The notes: generated by a model from the letters alone, not told the origin. 64,000 nucleotides of DNA from Lama glama (GCA_028534125.1 CM052818.1:39062001-39126000), one strand, 5' to 3'. Positions 27,751 to 40,479 are shown, numbered from the stretch's first letter. Made by a program: numbers and translations.

Positions 27751-28765
27751 AAAAAAACACTGGAAGAAATCTTTACTCTTAATCTTTTTGTTTCTCATTC
27801 TTAATATTTCTCTAAATTTATTCATTTAAGAAACAAGGGACCAAGTACATAACCTCTGTAGACCTCTCTTCATATAGAGAAGAGAGGATAATTTCAAGAT
27901 CACAAAAGAATTTTTGGCCTCCTAATTTTCTATGTTGTTCAAAATTTAGTATTTCTGCTTAAAAATATATATGACATTTTTTCAGTGTTATTTTTAACAA
28001 CTACATTATTTACTTAACCAGTATTATTTATGACATTTGGATTATTTATTTTTAATAACTATTATAAGCAGTGCTTTATATGAGTATCTTTGCATAATTG
28101 TTTTGTAGGATAAATCCCTAGATGTGGAATTGCTGGCACAAAGTATGTGAACGTGTTACATTTTAATAGATTCTGCCAAGTTACTTTCAAAAAATCTTAT
28201 ACAGGTTTGCACATCTATCTATCCAGTATTTTAGAAGAGTGCCTGTTTCACCATTATCTCATCAATACCAGTTATTATTATTTATAAAATCTTTGCCAGT
28301 CTGGATGGAAAGATAATGATGTGATTCTTCTCATTTGCATTTTTAAAGCTTTTAGTAAAATATTGAACATCTTAAATGTATTAGCTGTCACACATCTGGT
28401 TGCTTGTCCATGTCTTTTGCTCCATTTTGTATTGAGTTTTTGTCCAGAGTTATAGAATCCTGCCCTCCTAAACTTTATAAGAATGCTCACTGGTGATACT
28501 TCTCTCCTATGTTTAGAGTCCCTCTGCTATTTGCATGTGTAATAGCTTATAGAAGTAGTGGTTTGTTTAATCATTGAACAAATTTGAGAGTAGAAGTTTG
28601 GAGAGATTGAGTGGATCAGAACTGCTTATGCAAACGACTTTCTTTGGACTTGAATTTTAAAATTCCAATTATTCTCCTAAATCGCCCAGATTTGGGGGCA
28701 CTTTTTTAAGGAATCAGAAACTAAAATTAAACTTAGATTTCCTAAGCAGGTTGTTTGTTTTTCAG

Positions 28766-28897
28766 ATTCGACCTCACATTACTACTTTGCGCAAATACAC
28801 ATATGGGAAGCATATACTGGCCAAGTTGGAAAAATATTATTTGAAAAATAGCCCAGATCTAGGGCCTATTGGAGGACCACCAAATGGAATGCTGTAA
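28766..28897 (+). CDS. PUM2: PUM2 terminal coding exon ([43 protein letters not shown])
   Basis: Acceptor tttttcag|ATT; TAA at 28895-28897. Confidence 0.97.
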   Translation: MRPHITTLRKYTYGKHILAKLEKYYLKNSPDLGPIGGPPNGML

Positions 28898-31783
28898 AGG
28901 AAAAAGAAGAGAAGATGATGTAGCCATGTGAGAAGAACGTTTCTTTTGTGAATTATCAAAACACAACTCAGCTATGAATCTTCAAATTTTTTTTAAAGCA
29001 AAACTATTTATTGACTTTATTCATCCATTTGTAAATTTTTTAAGGTTCTTGTGTATATTTGGGGGGTGGGGGTGGTGAGTTATAAATTATATTCAACCCT
29101 GAGTGGAGACCTATCAGATTGGATTGCTGGCAAAGCACAGAATGCCTGTATATGATGTAACTGTATCAAAAAATGCTGTCACATATTTTGTAAATTTTTA
29201 CCTTGTAAAGTCACAAAAATAGTTTTTAAAGGAAAAAGTACAGTATTCTTTTAATAAACTGGCTTGCAGTCTGGTAGGTCTACGGACCCCATAGCACAAC
29301 AGGTTTATAGAGATGTACATAGAAATATAGTCCTTATTTTTTTTTTGTCCTTTGTGTGAAGCCTTTTATAACAGATTAACAATCAACTGCATAAATATTA
29401 TTAATATTTTAAAAAGAAAGTTAAGTTGTATTTTGGTAATTCACAAATTATCATGCAAATAAAAACTCGACAAGTAAGACAAATGATTTGAGATGAAAAG
29501 AACTTAACATTACTTACATTGGGTGTGGTTTTAATACAAATACTGCCCTAAAACGTCTCTGGCAATGTACAGAATTATTGTATATATCTACACATGTAAT
29601 TGTTGTAAGAGGTCGAAAAAACAAAATCATGGTGACACTTCCATCCAGTTAAGTGCACTAAACGAAAAGTTAAGTCCTATTTTAACTTTTCGGTTTGGTT
29701 TGTGATGAGAAAGAGTGGAGATTTGTGTATTGTTTTTGCTTATAGAACTACAAGGACGTGTTGAGGAAGTGTTGAGCTTTATTTTGCTTTTTCATAGTAG
29801 ATTCAGTAAGTAGGAACCAGATAGAGGTGAAAGGGGGCCACTGAAAAGTGAATTTGATAGCTCAACATTTAAGCATGATTACATATTCAGATAGCTTTTT
29901 TTGCTTCCTATAAATATATGCATTGTGTGTGTAGTGATAGATGTAAGTTTACACTTTGAAAGCAAATCTGTTTCAATGTTTATTATAAAAGCTTTGCTAA
30001 TTTAGTAGTGATGCTTTCTTTGGTTGTACAGGTGTACATTTGTAAACCTTCATGCTGTAAATGAAATTTGTTTTATCTCTTTGGGAAACATTTGCATTTT
30101 AGTGTACATTTATGTCCCTGCCCTCTGACCTGGCATATAGTGTTGTATAATGTAAATTTATTTCTCCAAATTGAGAGTGATTTTTTAAAAAATTTTTTAT
30201 CTTTATATGGTTTCAGAAGTATGAACCAGCTTTCTTTTTATTATTGTGAAAAATTTTGTTTTATAACATAGTTGTTGACTCTGTTAATATGGACATGCTA
30301 GGATTTGGATCACTTTCAAGAAGTCAGGGTATTGTGCATAATAGAAAGTATTGGACTGAGATATTTGGTTACCATGGAGGCCAATGCTTTTTCCATCTTA
30401 TTAAATGTGATGTAACTTTTTTCTTTGTACAGAAGAGTACTGTATTTTTGAATAGCCTACTCCCAAGTAATAGCAAATCTGTATGATAACATTTTTTTCT
30501 CTGGACATAAGACATAACAGTAACATGATGTACATTTACAAGCGGCCTTATGTACATTTCCCAACAATCTTTTTAAGGCAAAATTGTGACCATATGTGTA
30601 TAATTAAAATCGTTTTTAATCCTTTGCCTATGAAAATATTTTGGAAAAAAAACTTGCTTTGTATATTCAGTTTCTGAAAGATAAAGAAAGTGCTTTGTAT
30701 TTTGTTGAAGTCAGTATTTTGTATAAAACATTTATGTTGACCCACTTATGTTTAGTGCTGAAAACTAATGAACCATGCTGTCTCTCTCAATTGAACATGT
30801 AAGGGATTTTTTATTAGAAGTCTGCAGAAGAAAAGCAATCTTCTGAGCACAATATTGAATATAAAGGTTTTTTTCACTTAGCTGTTCATTTCATGAACCT
30901 AAAAATAACGGCATGAAGTTTGGGGTGCCAGGCATACTTTTTCATGTTTGATGTTGAGTTATTCTAGTTTTCTAACCCAACATTCCATGTTGAGGCCATT
31001 AAATTCAACCACTTGTCACTATCCCTTCTCATAGTCACACTGGTTCATCAGCATGTCCCAGTCACAGTGACAGTGCTTTTTTTCTCTCCATACAGAGCTG
31101 CTCTCTTTCACGCTTTCCCACTTTGTGTCGCCAGCCTCAGAGTGTCTTATCCCTGTGTTGAACTTTTGTTCCCAGTATCAGCTCATGGTTTCAGGATCAA
31201 AGTTGTCCTTCCTGGAGATTGGTAGTGACTTTCCTGGGTTTGCACAGTTGAATTCCAGGTTTTCCTTTATCCTTGTTGTCTGTTCACACAGGCAGTTATT
31301 TCTGCAAATTAGGAAGTCCTAGAGATCAGCACTTTGGGAAACAGAACCATCGTCTTGGGGTTCTGATCTTCCCATGTATTTCAATGTTGACAACCCAATC
31401 TTCTCAATGCTTTGGGGCCTGTTCTAGAAGAATGTTTGTTCTAGAAACTTTATGGTCTGCCATTTTTGGTGCCCATCTCTCTGATTCCACCTTTTAGTAT
31501 GTTGGCATGGAGTTTTGGTAAAATCTGAAAATAACATTTAAGAACAAAGAAACAATTAGGCAGAGCCACTTGGGCTTTACTCTTGGGTGTCTCCTTTTGA
31601 TATGGATTGTTTCTGGACCAGTTTGTCTAAGTCCTGGCTCTTATTGGTTCATATGAAATAATGTTATCTTCACTTCTTTGTATATTATGTATAAATTAGG
31701 AAATGAAAAATGTGTGAATAACATTGTATGAAATAAACCTCGTCTCGTGTTTTTCTCCAGATAAAATACCCCTCTGTACCTCA
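28898..31783 (+). other. PUM2: PUM2 3' UTR (long isoform)
   Basis: AU-rich tract with no recognisable repeats after the stop. AATAAA at 29253, 29458 and 31732, GATAAA at 31760. The exact 3' end is inferred. Confidence 0.8.
31732..31737 (+). terminator. PUM2: Distal polyadenylation signal of PUM2
   Basis: AATAAA with upstream TGTA elements and downstream GT/T-rich sequence; interspersed repeats resume shortly after. Confidence 0.7.
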
Positions 31784-34700
31784 ATTACAATTTACATTGA
31801 TCATTCACGTTTTCTCTGATTTAAGGAAAACAAAAATATCTATCACATGGATGCTAGTCTGGGGCCACTGATTATGCTGATGGTGTTTATCCTATCTTTT
31901 AATATTCATGATCTGTTAATTACATAGAGTGATTACACACCTCATATGATGAAACTTTAAGCCTGTTTCCTTACTGATACAATGATACTTCTTCAGAGTT
32001 GTTTTTGAGGATTAAATTAAATCACATATTGAAACACCCACAGGTGTTTGTTTACTTTTCCACATGCACTTAAGGAGACTGTTATCCAAAAGTATAGTTT
32101 GGGTTCAGGCATGGATTTAAAGTTAACCTCTTAGTTTACAAACCTTGTGAATTTGAATGTGTTAACTCATCTCAGCCTCAGTGCCTTCATCTTTAAAGAC
32201 ATGGAACTATTTTTAAATCCTCATTGGTTTTAAGAATTGAGAATATATATAAAGATAACCTTGAACCTAATTCTCAACCAGTGCTAATGCTATTTCCATT
32301 TCCTGTCCCTTCTGTACCTATATTTTTTTTAATCTGTAAGATAATTTGATAGAATCCAAAATGGAGATCTACATAAAGCTAAATAGGAAAGGGGATTTTT
32401 ATCACACACATTGTTTAGCCTCCATTTTAATTTGATCATTGTTTGGTTCTATTCCAAACTGAAATCAGCCCTCCTGGAATTGTTGACCTACCCCACTTAG
32501 AGTAATGAAATTGAAGATCCTAAAAAGGAAGTATCATATCCTCCCACCATCGCTTATCAACTTCAGAAAAGCAGTTTCCTAAGGTGACCTGGTAGTATCT
32601 GCCCTACTGACAGTGGTGTCTCAGGTTCGAAGGAGGTGGGCAAGTGGGGGAAGGCAGAGAAACCGCTCAGGGAGCAGTATTCACTGTACTTTGCCCACTT
32701 AACTTGAAAGGTCCAAAGTAGCATCTGATGGAATTTGAATGCTGCAGACTCAGTAAATTCATCTCTGGACACAGGTGAGAAGTAATGGTGCTCACTTGGA
32801 AGAGGCAGCAGTGTGCCTCTGGAAGGGCACTGCAGAGGGAAGGGGAGTCAGGCCTAGGCTGGGCCGGGGCGTGTAGGCTGTGTGGTAACCCTCTAGACCT
32901 CTAAGTTATCTATCTGTAAAGTAGGAATAATATCCTGCCTGCCCACAGAACCTCAGATCTAAGGGTACTGGATACTAAGAACCTAACAACCACAGGCTAG
33001 GTCCTATGGGGAGCTCAAAATTAGGTGGAGTATTTAACTTTCTCACCTCCACATCCTGTAGATACTTGTGTAATATTCCAGTCGTAACCTTCTTTTTCTA
33101 AGTATTTACCAGGAACTTAAATAATCCTGTATTGTATTTGATAATTTAAGAAAGAAATTGGTTACATTAAGAACCAAATTTTCTTGGGGTTCCGAGGGTT
33201 ATGGTTCAGAGTTTAGGCTCTGGAACTACATTGCCCAGGTTCCAAACCCTTTAGTTTTTCATTGTTAGGACAGCAGTTTAATCTTTTAAGCCTTAGTTTC
33301 CCACCTCTTAAAATCGTGAGGATTAAATGAGAATATGTAACGTGCAGGGACAGTGAGTACTCAGTGCCTCCTGTTAGAGTTAAGGTTTTATTCTTTGTTT
33401 TCCAGTTTGCCTACACACAGGAGCTCAAAACATTTTGCTAGGAGCTCATGTTTCTGCAAAGGAGCTCTTGATTCAAGTTGCCGATAAATCACTAAGTCAG
33501 TGGGAAAACTACTGAAGATGTGATTAAGGAACTTTACAGCATTTTAATTCTTGTTCTTGCTTTAATCTGTTTTTTTTTTTCGTTTCTTGGTACAAGTAAT
33601 AGTAGCTTTGCCCTGAAGTGTATGGCTGCCAGGATGGAGACGGAGGAAATCAAAGGCAACGTGCTGGAGAAATCTCTATCCTTCCTCTCTCCTGCCTCCG
33701 TCCCTCCTCACACACACACCCTTGGAAAGCATATTAGACTCAGAAACATGAGGTTTTTGGTCTCAGCCATTCCTCACACACATCCATTGCATCATTTTCA
33801 CTGAGCAGTTTGAGTATGCTTCAGTAGAAGGAGAGGTTTGCCAATATATTGTTTTGCTGAGTGCCTCTGAGTCACTTTGGATAATTTATAAGTATCTGCT
33901 TTGAGACTTAAGCCAGTGACGGTCAAGTGAGGAAGAGCCTTTTGTAAGGGTCCATGCAACTGATGTGACCTGAAAGGAGGAAGCCACAGTAACACTCCTC
34001 AGTAATTTCTGCCAGTTAGACTTACTGTATGTAACAAGCAAAGCACTGAATTGAGAAAACTATGCCTGTTGGCCTTGTGAACCGTTCCCCCTCAGCATCT
34101 GCCTGGACAGCAAAGACCAGTTGAAGTCTCCCCTACGCAGGAGGTATGTAGAAATCAGAAACCCAGAGGGTCTCACCCAACTCCATACCGATCACAGGAT
34201 TCAGCCTTCAGAGTCTCCCCAATAACTCCTAACGGACATGACCACCTGACTTCTAGGCAAGTCAAGGGCTGCTTGAGAAGATTGATTTTCCCACCTCAGC
34301 AGACATTTTAGGAGCAGTGCTGGTACCCATGCAGTTGAATAGAAGGGTTCCTTCAAGTTCAGGACCGAGTCTTTACTGTGTACCCAGGACCTAGGCTATG
34401 GCCAGACAAGAGTTTATGGAAAGAATGGTTAACAGTGAAGAAAAGTCCACCACAAATCATTCCATGATCAAATAAGATTGTGCTGAGAAAGCATTATGTC
34501 CCATTTATGTTTGGAAAGAGCCTGAAAAAAAGTAGTTTCTACCTCAAAAGCTCTACATCTACACAGAAATCAAGATTTCAAAAATAACTACTAGTGAGAA
34601 ACACGGCACTGGACGCAGTGCCTTGGGCTGGAAAGGGAAAGGAGAAATGAACAGGCTCGCACTAGGGTGAGCAGGAGGACCTGGGATGTTGGGGTTGAGG

Positions 34701-35688
34701 CCACGGCATCAGTCACTATGTTTTCTTACAGTTGTATTTAATGAGCACCTCTAAGAATTACCGCCAAAGAATGAGGTCCTTGGAGAAATGCGGTGGTTAA
34801 CAATAGGGAGTCCTCATAAATTCTTGAGCAGGGAGTGACAAGTACGGTGCTGTAAAGGACCCACCTACATGGTGGGCAAAGCAGCAGAAATAAAGAGAAA
34901 CTGGAGGGAGGCGAAGGCAGCCCTGAGAGTTACAGAGTTCAGGAATCCCTGTTACAGCTGCCAACTCCCATCTCTCACCTCGGTCTCGCCCAGGACTTTC
35001 ATGGGAAGGAGCCTTGAAAAGTCAGGGACTCGGAACACCTGGTGGGCCCATCTCACACCAAAGGTTAGGAGGATCACCCAGAGGGGAGGAGGGATGTTTG
35101 GGAGCCCCCCCGCCCCCCCACTTCTTTGAAAATCAGTTCTGAAACTATACAAGGCACATTCATTGAACTGAATACAATAGGATTCACAGCATAAAGCCAA
35201 AAATATGTCTTAGAAATATATCTTAGAAATCTTTAAAATACCATTCTTAATAACTCCTAGGTAAAAGAACAATTGTAACCCGGGATAAACTGCGTGGGCT
35301 GCCTTCAAAATTAATTACAGTGAGTGCTATGCGAAACCTGGGGGATTCGAGCCAAAGGCTGTTCATAGAAAAATGGTTAGCCAAGAAAATCTGAAGATAA
35401 TTTAATAGTTTATTTAGTAAAATAACAAAATAATTACCAAAAAAAAGTAGAAGGAATTAATAAGCTTCACAGAAAGAACAAACTCAATCCAGTTAGAAAC
35501 GACAACGAATTAGACATGCTTTAGGCAAATTTGAATTTTGAAAAAAGATGGAAGATACAAACATCAGTAAGGGGATGTAAAATTACCTTTTTAAGTATAG
35601 GAGACCATTATATAAAAAGCCTACCTGTAACTTAAAAATCAAGTGAAATGTATAATTTTCTAGGGAAGTATGAAGAATTTATTCAAGA

Positions 35689-36233
35689 GAAAGACAAATA
35701 TCACATGATATCACTTAGATGTGGAATCTAAAAATAATGCAAATGAATCTAGATTCAAAACAGAGGCAAACTCAGATATAGAAACAAACTGATGGTTACC
35801 AAAGGGTTAAGGGAGGAGGGAGGGGATAAATTAGGAGTATGGTATTAACGGATACAAACTACTATGCATAAAAATAGACAAATAACATGAATTTACCTGT
35901 ATAGCACAGGAAACTATATTCCATATGTTGTAATAACTTGAAATGGGAAACAATAGGAAAAAAATACATCTATACAACCGAATTGCTTTGCTAACACAAC
36001 ATTGTAAATCAACTATACTGCACTTTAAAAAAAAGGCCTGATTCGGCCACTCCCCCTTCTGAGTGAGACAGCACTCTATGGAGTGTGTATCTACTTTTAC
36101 TTTAAACTGAGCACCCAACCCCCACACCTCGTGGCCTTTCTTTGGCTTTCTGCAACAGCCTGCACTCTGACTATGGAGTATGTATCTCTCTGAATAAATC
36201 TTCCTTTACTCAACAATAACGATAACAACAAAA
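35689..36233 (+). mobile_element. 5'-truncated artiodactyl-type L1 with 3'-transduced LTR-like tag
   Basis: L1 3' UTR 35689-36026, then A8, non-L1 sequence 36035-36211 with AATAAA at 36193, an A-rich tail, and a 16-bp TSD (15/16 match) around the whole unit. Confidence 0.8.
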
Positions 36234-36309
36234 GAATTGATTCAAGAACAGAAAGCTTAAATAGACCAATAACCATACAAGAAGCTAAGAAGGTGGTCAA
36301 AAGAACAAA

Positions 36310-37832
36310 GTAAAGAAAGGTCTCACATGTCCTGATTTCAAAACGTTTTACAAAGCTACAGTAGTCAAAACAGTGTTTGGGTGTTAGCTAGACTTAATGT
36401 AATGATCATTTTGCATTATATACACATATTGAATCATTTGTTGTACACCTGAAACTAATATGTTATATGTCAATTATACCTCAAGAAAAAGCCAAAACAG
36501 GAATAATAAAAACAATGTGGGACAAGGATAAAGACAAACATATGAACCAGTAGAATAGAGTAGAGAGCCCGGAAATAAACCATCGCGTATATGGCAAATT
36601 ATCTTCAACACAGGTGCCAAGAACATTCAGCGGGGAAAGGAACAATCTTTTCAACAAATGATGTTGGGGAAACAGGATAGCCTCATGCTAAATAATGAAG
36701 TTAGACACTTCCTTACAGCATATATAAAAATTAACTCAAAATGGATTAAAGACCCGAATGCAAGACCTACAACTATAGAACTCCTAGAAGGAAATATATG
36801 GGAAAAACTTCAGGACATTGGCATTGATTTCTTGTACATAACACCTAAAGCACATGCAACAAAAGTAAAAATAGATAAATGGGACTGTATCAAACTTTAA
36901 AATGTCTGTGCATCAAAGGGAACAATCAGCAGAGTGAAAAGGCAACCTACAGAATGTGAGAAAATATTTGCAAAATATGTATCTGATAAGGGATTAATAT
37001 CCAGAATATATAAAGAATTACAACTCAAGAAGAAGAAAAAATACAATCCTATTAAAAAATGGGTGAAGGACATAAAGAGACATTTCTCCAAAGATGACAA
37101 AAGAATGGCCAACAAGCATATGAAAAGATGCTCAACATCACTGTTATGTTAGCTGGAAATCAAAACCACAATGAGATTTTTACCTCTTGCCCATGAGGAT
37201 GGCTACTATCAAACAGAAAATAGCAAGTGTCAGGATGTACAGAAACCAGAGCCCTGTGCACTGCTATTGGGAATGTAAAGGGGTGTAGCTGCTATGGAAA
37301 ACACTGTGGCAGTTCCTCAAAAAATGAAAAAAAGAACTACTGTATGATCCTGCAATCCCACTTCTGGGTATATACCTAAAAGAATTGAAAGTAGGATCTC
37401 AAAGAGATATTTGCATACCTATGTTTATAGCAGCATTTTTCACAATAGCCAAAAGGTGGACAATCGGTGTCCATCAATGAATGAATAGATTTTTTAAAAT
37501 GTGGTATCTATATACAATGGAATATTATTCAGCCTTAAAAAAGGAAAACCTGACACATGCTACAACATGAATAAACCTTGAGGATATTATACTAAGTGAG
37601 ATAAGCTAGTTACAAAAAGACATATTGTATGATTTCACTTATAAAATAAATTTAAAATAGTTAAATTCATAGAAACAGAATGGTGGTTGCAGGGACAAGG
37701 GGTAGAGGGAAATGGACAGTTACTCTTTAATGGATTTAGAGTTTTAGTTTGCAAGATGAAAAAATTCTAGAGATCTCGTTGCACAGCAATGTGAGTATAC
37801 TTAACACTGCTGAACTGTACACTTAAAATGAG
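36310..37832 (+). mobile_element. L1MA/L1MB-like LINE-1, ORF2 3' half and 3' UTR
   Basis: Decayed ORF2 peptides (KINSKWIKD...[38 protein letters not shown]), ending gaactgtacacttaaaatg. Confidence 0.9.
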
Positions 37833-37834
37833 TA

Positions 37835-37908
37835 AGGAAGGAAGGAAGGGGATGGATGGAGGGAGGAAGGAATGAAAGAAGGAAGGAAGGAAGGAAGGAA
37901 GAAAAAAG
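37835..37908. repeat. (GGAA)n purine-rich microsatellite
   Basis: Visible directly, located at the L1 3' tail. Confidence 0.9.
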
Positions 37909-38979
37909 AACTTATCAAAAATAAACCCTTAAAATAAAGGCACAAGCCTGGACTGGGCAAGTTCCACAATAAATCTTCAAGGAGCATATAATTCATAGTC
38001 TATACAAAATTTTACAGAGCATGGAAAACAATGAAAGTTTCCCAAGTTATTCTACAAAACTATGATAACTTTGGAAGCTAAACAGAATGATAGCTCACAC
38101 ACAAGTCACCATGGGCTATTTTCATTTATGTGTATAGATACAAAACTCCTAAGTAACACATAACCAATCAAATCCAGAGGAGTGATACTTCATGACCAAG
38201 CAGAATTTATCGCAGGAATTCAGGGTAGTGGAACACTAGAAATTTTATTAATATAATTTATTGCATTAATGCATAAACAAGGAAAACTAACCATACTGAA
38301 TAGTAAGACAAGCAATGAAAACATTTCAATATCCTTTTCTGATAAAAACTCGTACAAGCTAACAATGTTGAGAAACTGCCTTAATATAAAAAACTGTACC
38401 TATCAAAAACTTAGAGCAAACAGCAAACTTAATGTTGAAACATTAGAAGCAATCCCATTAAAGACAGAAGCAAATAAGAAGGTTCACAGTCACCACCACT
38501 ATTCAGCATTTAGCAGGAGGACATGCGCTCGGAAAAGCATAGAGGTATGAGTATTAGAAAGGGGGAAAATGATAGGATGGTTTACCTAAAAAATCCGAGA
38601 GAATCAACCCAAAGTTTTAGAACTAAGAGTTCAAGATATATGATTAATATACGAAAACTAGTAATAGTTACAGCAACATTTTTTAAATTCATGATAGTAA
38701 CAAAAGCTTTGAAATAAATAACCATAAAGAAAAAGCAAATAAGCAATTTGCAATGTGAAGAAAATAATTTTCACTGAAAGATGGACAAGAACAGATTAAA
38801 TAGTGACCACATATTCTAGGATAGGAGGATTCAATAGTTTTATTCTTTCTCCCTAAATTAATCTGTAAAGTCTGTTCACCCAAAGAGTTCAAACTGTGGT
38901 CTTCAAGTGTCATTTCTCATTGGCTAATTAAAGGTCTAGGGTAGGAAATGTACAAGATGGGCCTGGAACATTTTGTCAT

Positions 38980-39300
38980 ATTCTAATGTGTTTTACTTAT
39001 CTTTTGCTATGAAATCAACTACCCTCCATCCAAGGACTTAAAACAACAGCAATTTCTTTTCTTTCTTTTTTTTTTTTTTTTGAACTCGGTAGATTAGCGA
39101 TGTGGGCAAGGATCCAGGCAGCTCCATTCAGGGTCAGCTGGGGCGGCTTGAAGGCTGGGGGCCAGTCATCTGACGCTGAGTTCACTCACATGTCTAGCAG
39201 TTGATGCGGCTGTCAGCTGTCAGCCAGGACACCCACACACGGCCTCTCCCTGTAGCCTGGGTTCTCTCACTTTGTGATGACGATTCTAAAGGGAGCATCG
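38980..39300 (-). mobile_element. MaLR (MLT1-type) LTR fragment
   Basis: gacttaaaacaacag...tcagctggggcggct...ttcactcacatgtctagcagttgatgcggctgtcagctg...ggcctctcc motifs. Confidence 0.65.
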
Positions 39301-39609
39301 AGAGGAGGGGGAGGGGAAGGGAGGTGGGCGGGGTGGGCCTCCCCCACCACCACTACCAATCACCCTCACACTTGCAGCCAGGCACAGTACCCTTGACTCT
39401 CTTCCAAGGACCTCTAAGGCAAGTGTTCCACAGCTGCCTGGTGTGAATTCTACAACAAGTCACATCTCAGGGACACGCTTTCCTCATTTGTGAAGAAAAT
39501 AAAAAAGGGAAGCACAAGATGAGGACCAGGGCCAAGGTGCAACCTTGGTGTTTTATACAGCATCGTTCGGTATTTTTATGATGTGATTGTATTCATCTAT
39601 CATGAAACT

Positions 39610-40312
39610 GAAAGAGAGTCTTACCAGATGACCCAGCAATTGTGCTCCTAGGTATTTACCCAAATGGGTTGAAATCTTATGTCCATACGAAAAACTGCAC
39701 ACAGATGTTGATAGCGGTGTTATTCATAATTGCCAAAACTTGGAGGCAACCAAGATGTCCTTCAGTAGGTGAGTGGATAAAGAAATTGCTGCATCGAGAC
39801 ACAGGAATATTATTCAGAGATAAAAAAGAAATGAGCTGTCGAGTTATGAAAAGACACGGAGAACCTGAAAACCATGTTATTAAGTGAGAGAGGCCAAAAT
39901 CTGGAAAGGCCACATGCTGTGCAACTCAAACTATGGGACATTCTGGAAAAGGCAAACCTGTGGAGAAACTATAAAGTCAAGGGTTACCAGAGGTCAGAGT
40001 CACGAATAGGTGGAGCAGAGGGGATTTTTAGGGCGGTGAAACTCTGTGTGATGTTGCAGAGTGGACATATGACAGTATACATTTGTCAGGGCTCACAGGA
40101 TGCACAACGCCGCAGGGAATCCTGACGTAAACTGTGGGCTTTAGTAATAATCCTGTACTGACCTTGGTTCATCAGTTGCAACGGATGCACCCCTTCCTCC
40201 AACGCAAGGTGTTAATGATGGGGAACCTGGGTGGGGGCTAGTACGTGGGAACTCTCTGTGCTTGCCCCTCAGTTTTTCTGTAAACCAAAAGCTGCTCTTA
40301 AAAAGTCTGTTA
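39610..40312 (+). mobile_element. L1MC-like LINE-1 3' end
   Basis: ORF2 C-terminus (LLGIYPNGLKSYVHTKNCT...AKTWRQPRCPSVGEWI) and an L1MC-type 3' UTR. Confidence 0.85.
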
Positions 40313-40479
40313 ATTAGAAAAAACAAAGAAAGGAGGGCAGGACAGAAAGGAGGGGGCAAAAGAAAAACCCCTCTTCACAGATGGCCTGCTTCACGGTGGG
40401 CTCTTAGCAGACGGGAGTTCCCTGCCTCTGCCCGAGGGCGCCTGTCCTCTTTCCCTTCTCCCTGGATCAGACGGTCACC

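Larger units (their letters stand above)
35140..38900 (+). mobile_element. Nested LINE-1 cluster (old L1M ORF2 host with younger L1 inserts)
   Basis: ORF2-like segments at 35.2-35.7, 36.23-36.3 and 37.9-38.9 kb (e.g. KLNVETLEAIPLKT) are interrupted by distinct L1 3' ends. Confidence 0.8.

Noticed and set aside
36658..37152. Novel protein-coding ORFs
   Set aside because: Broken LINE-1 ORF2 remnants, as are those at 21294-21714, 38269-38717 and 39642-39887.
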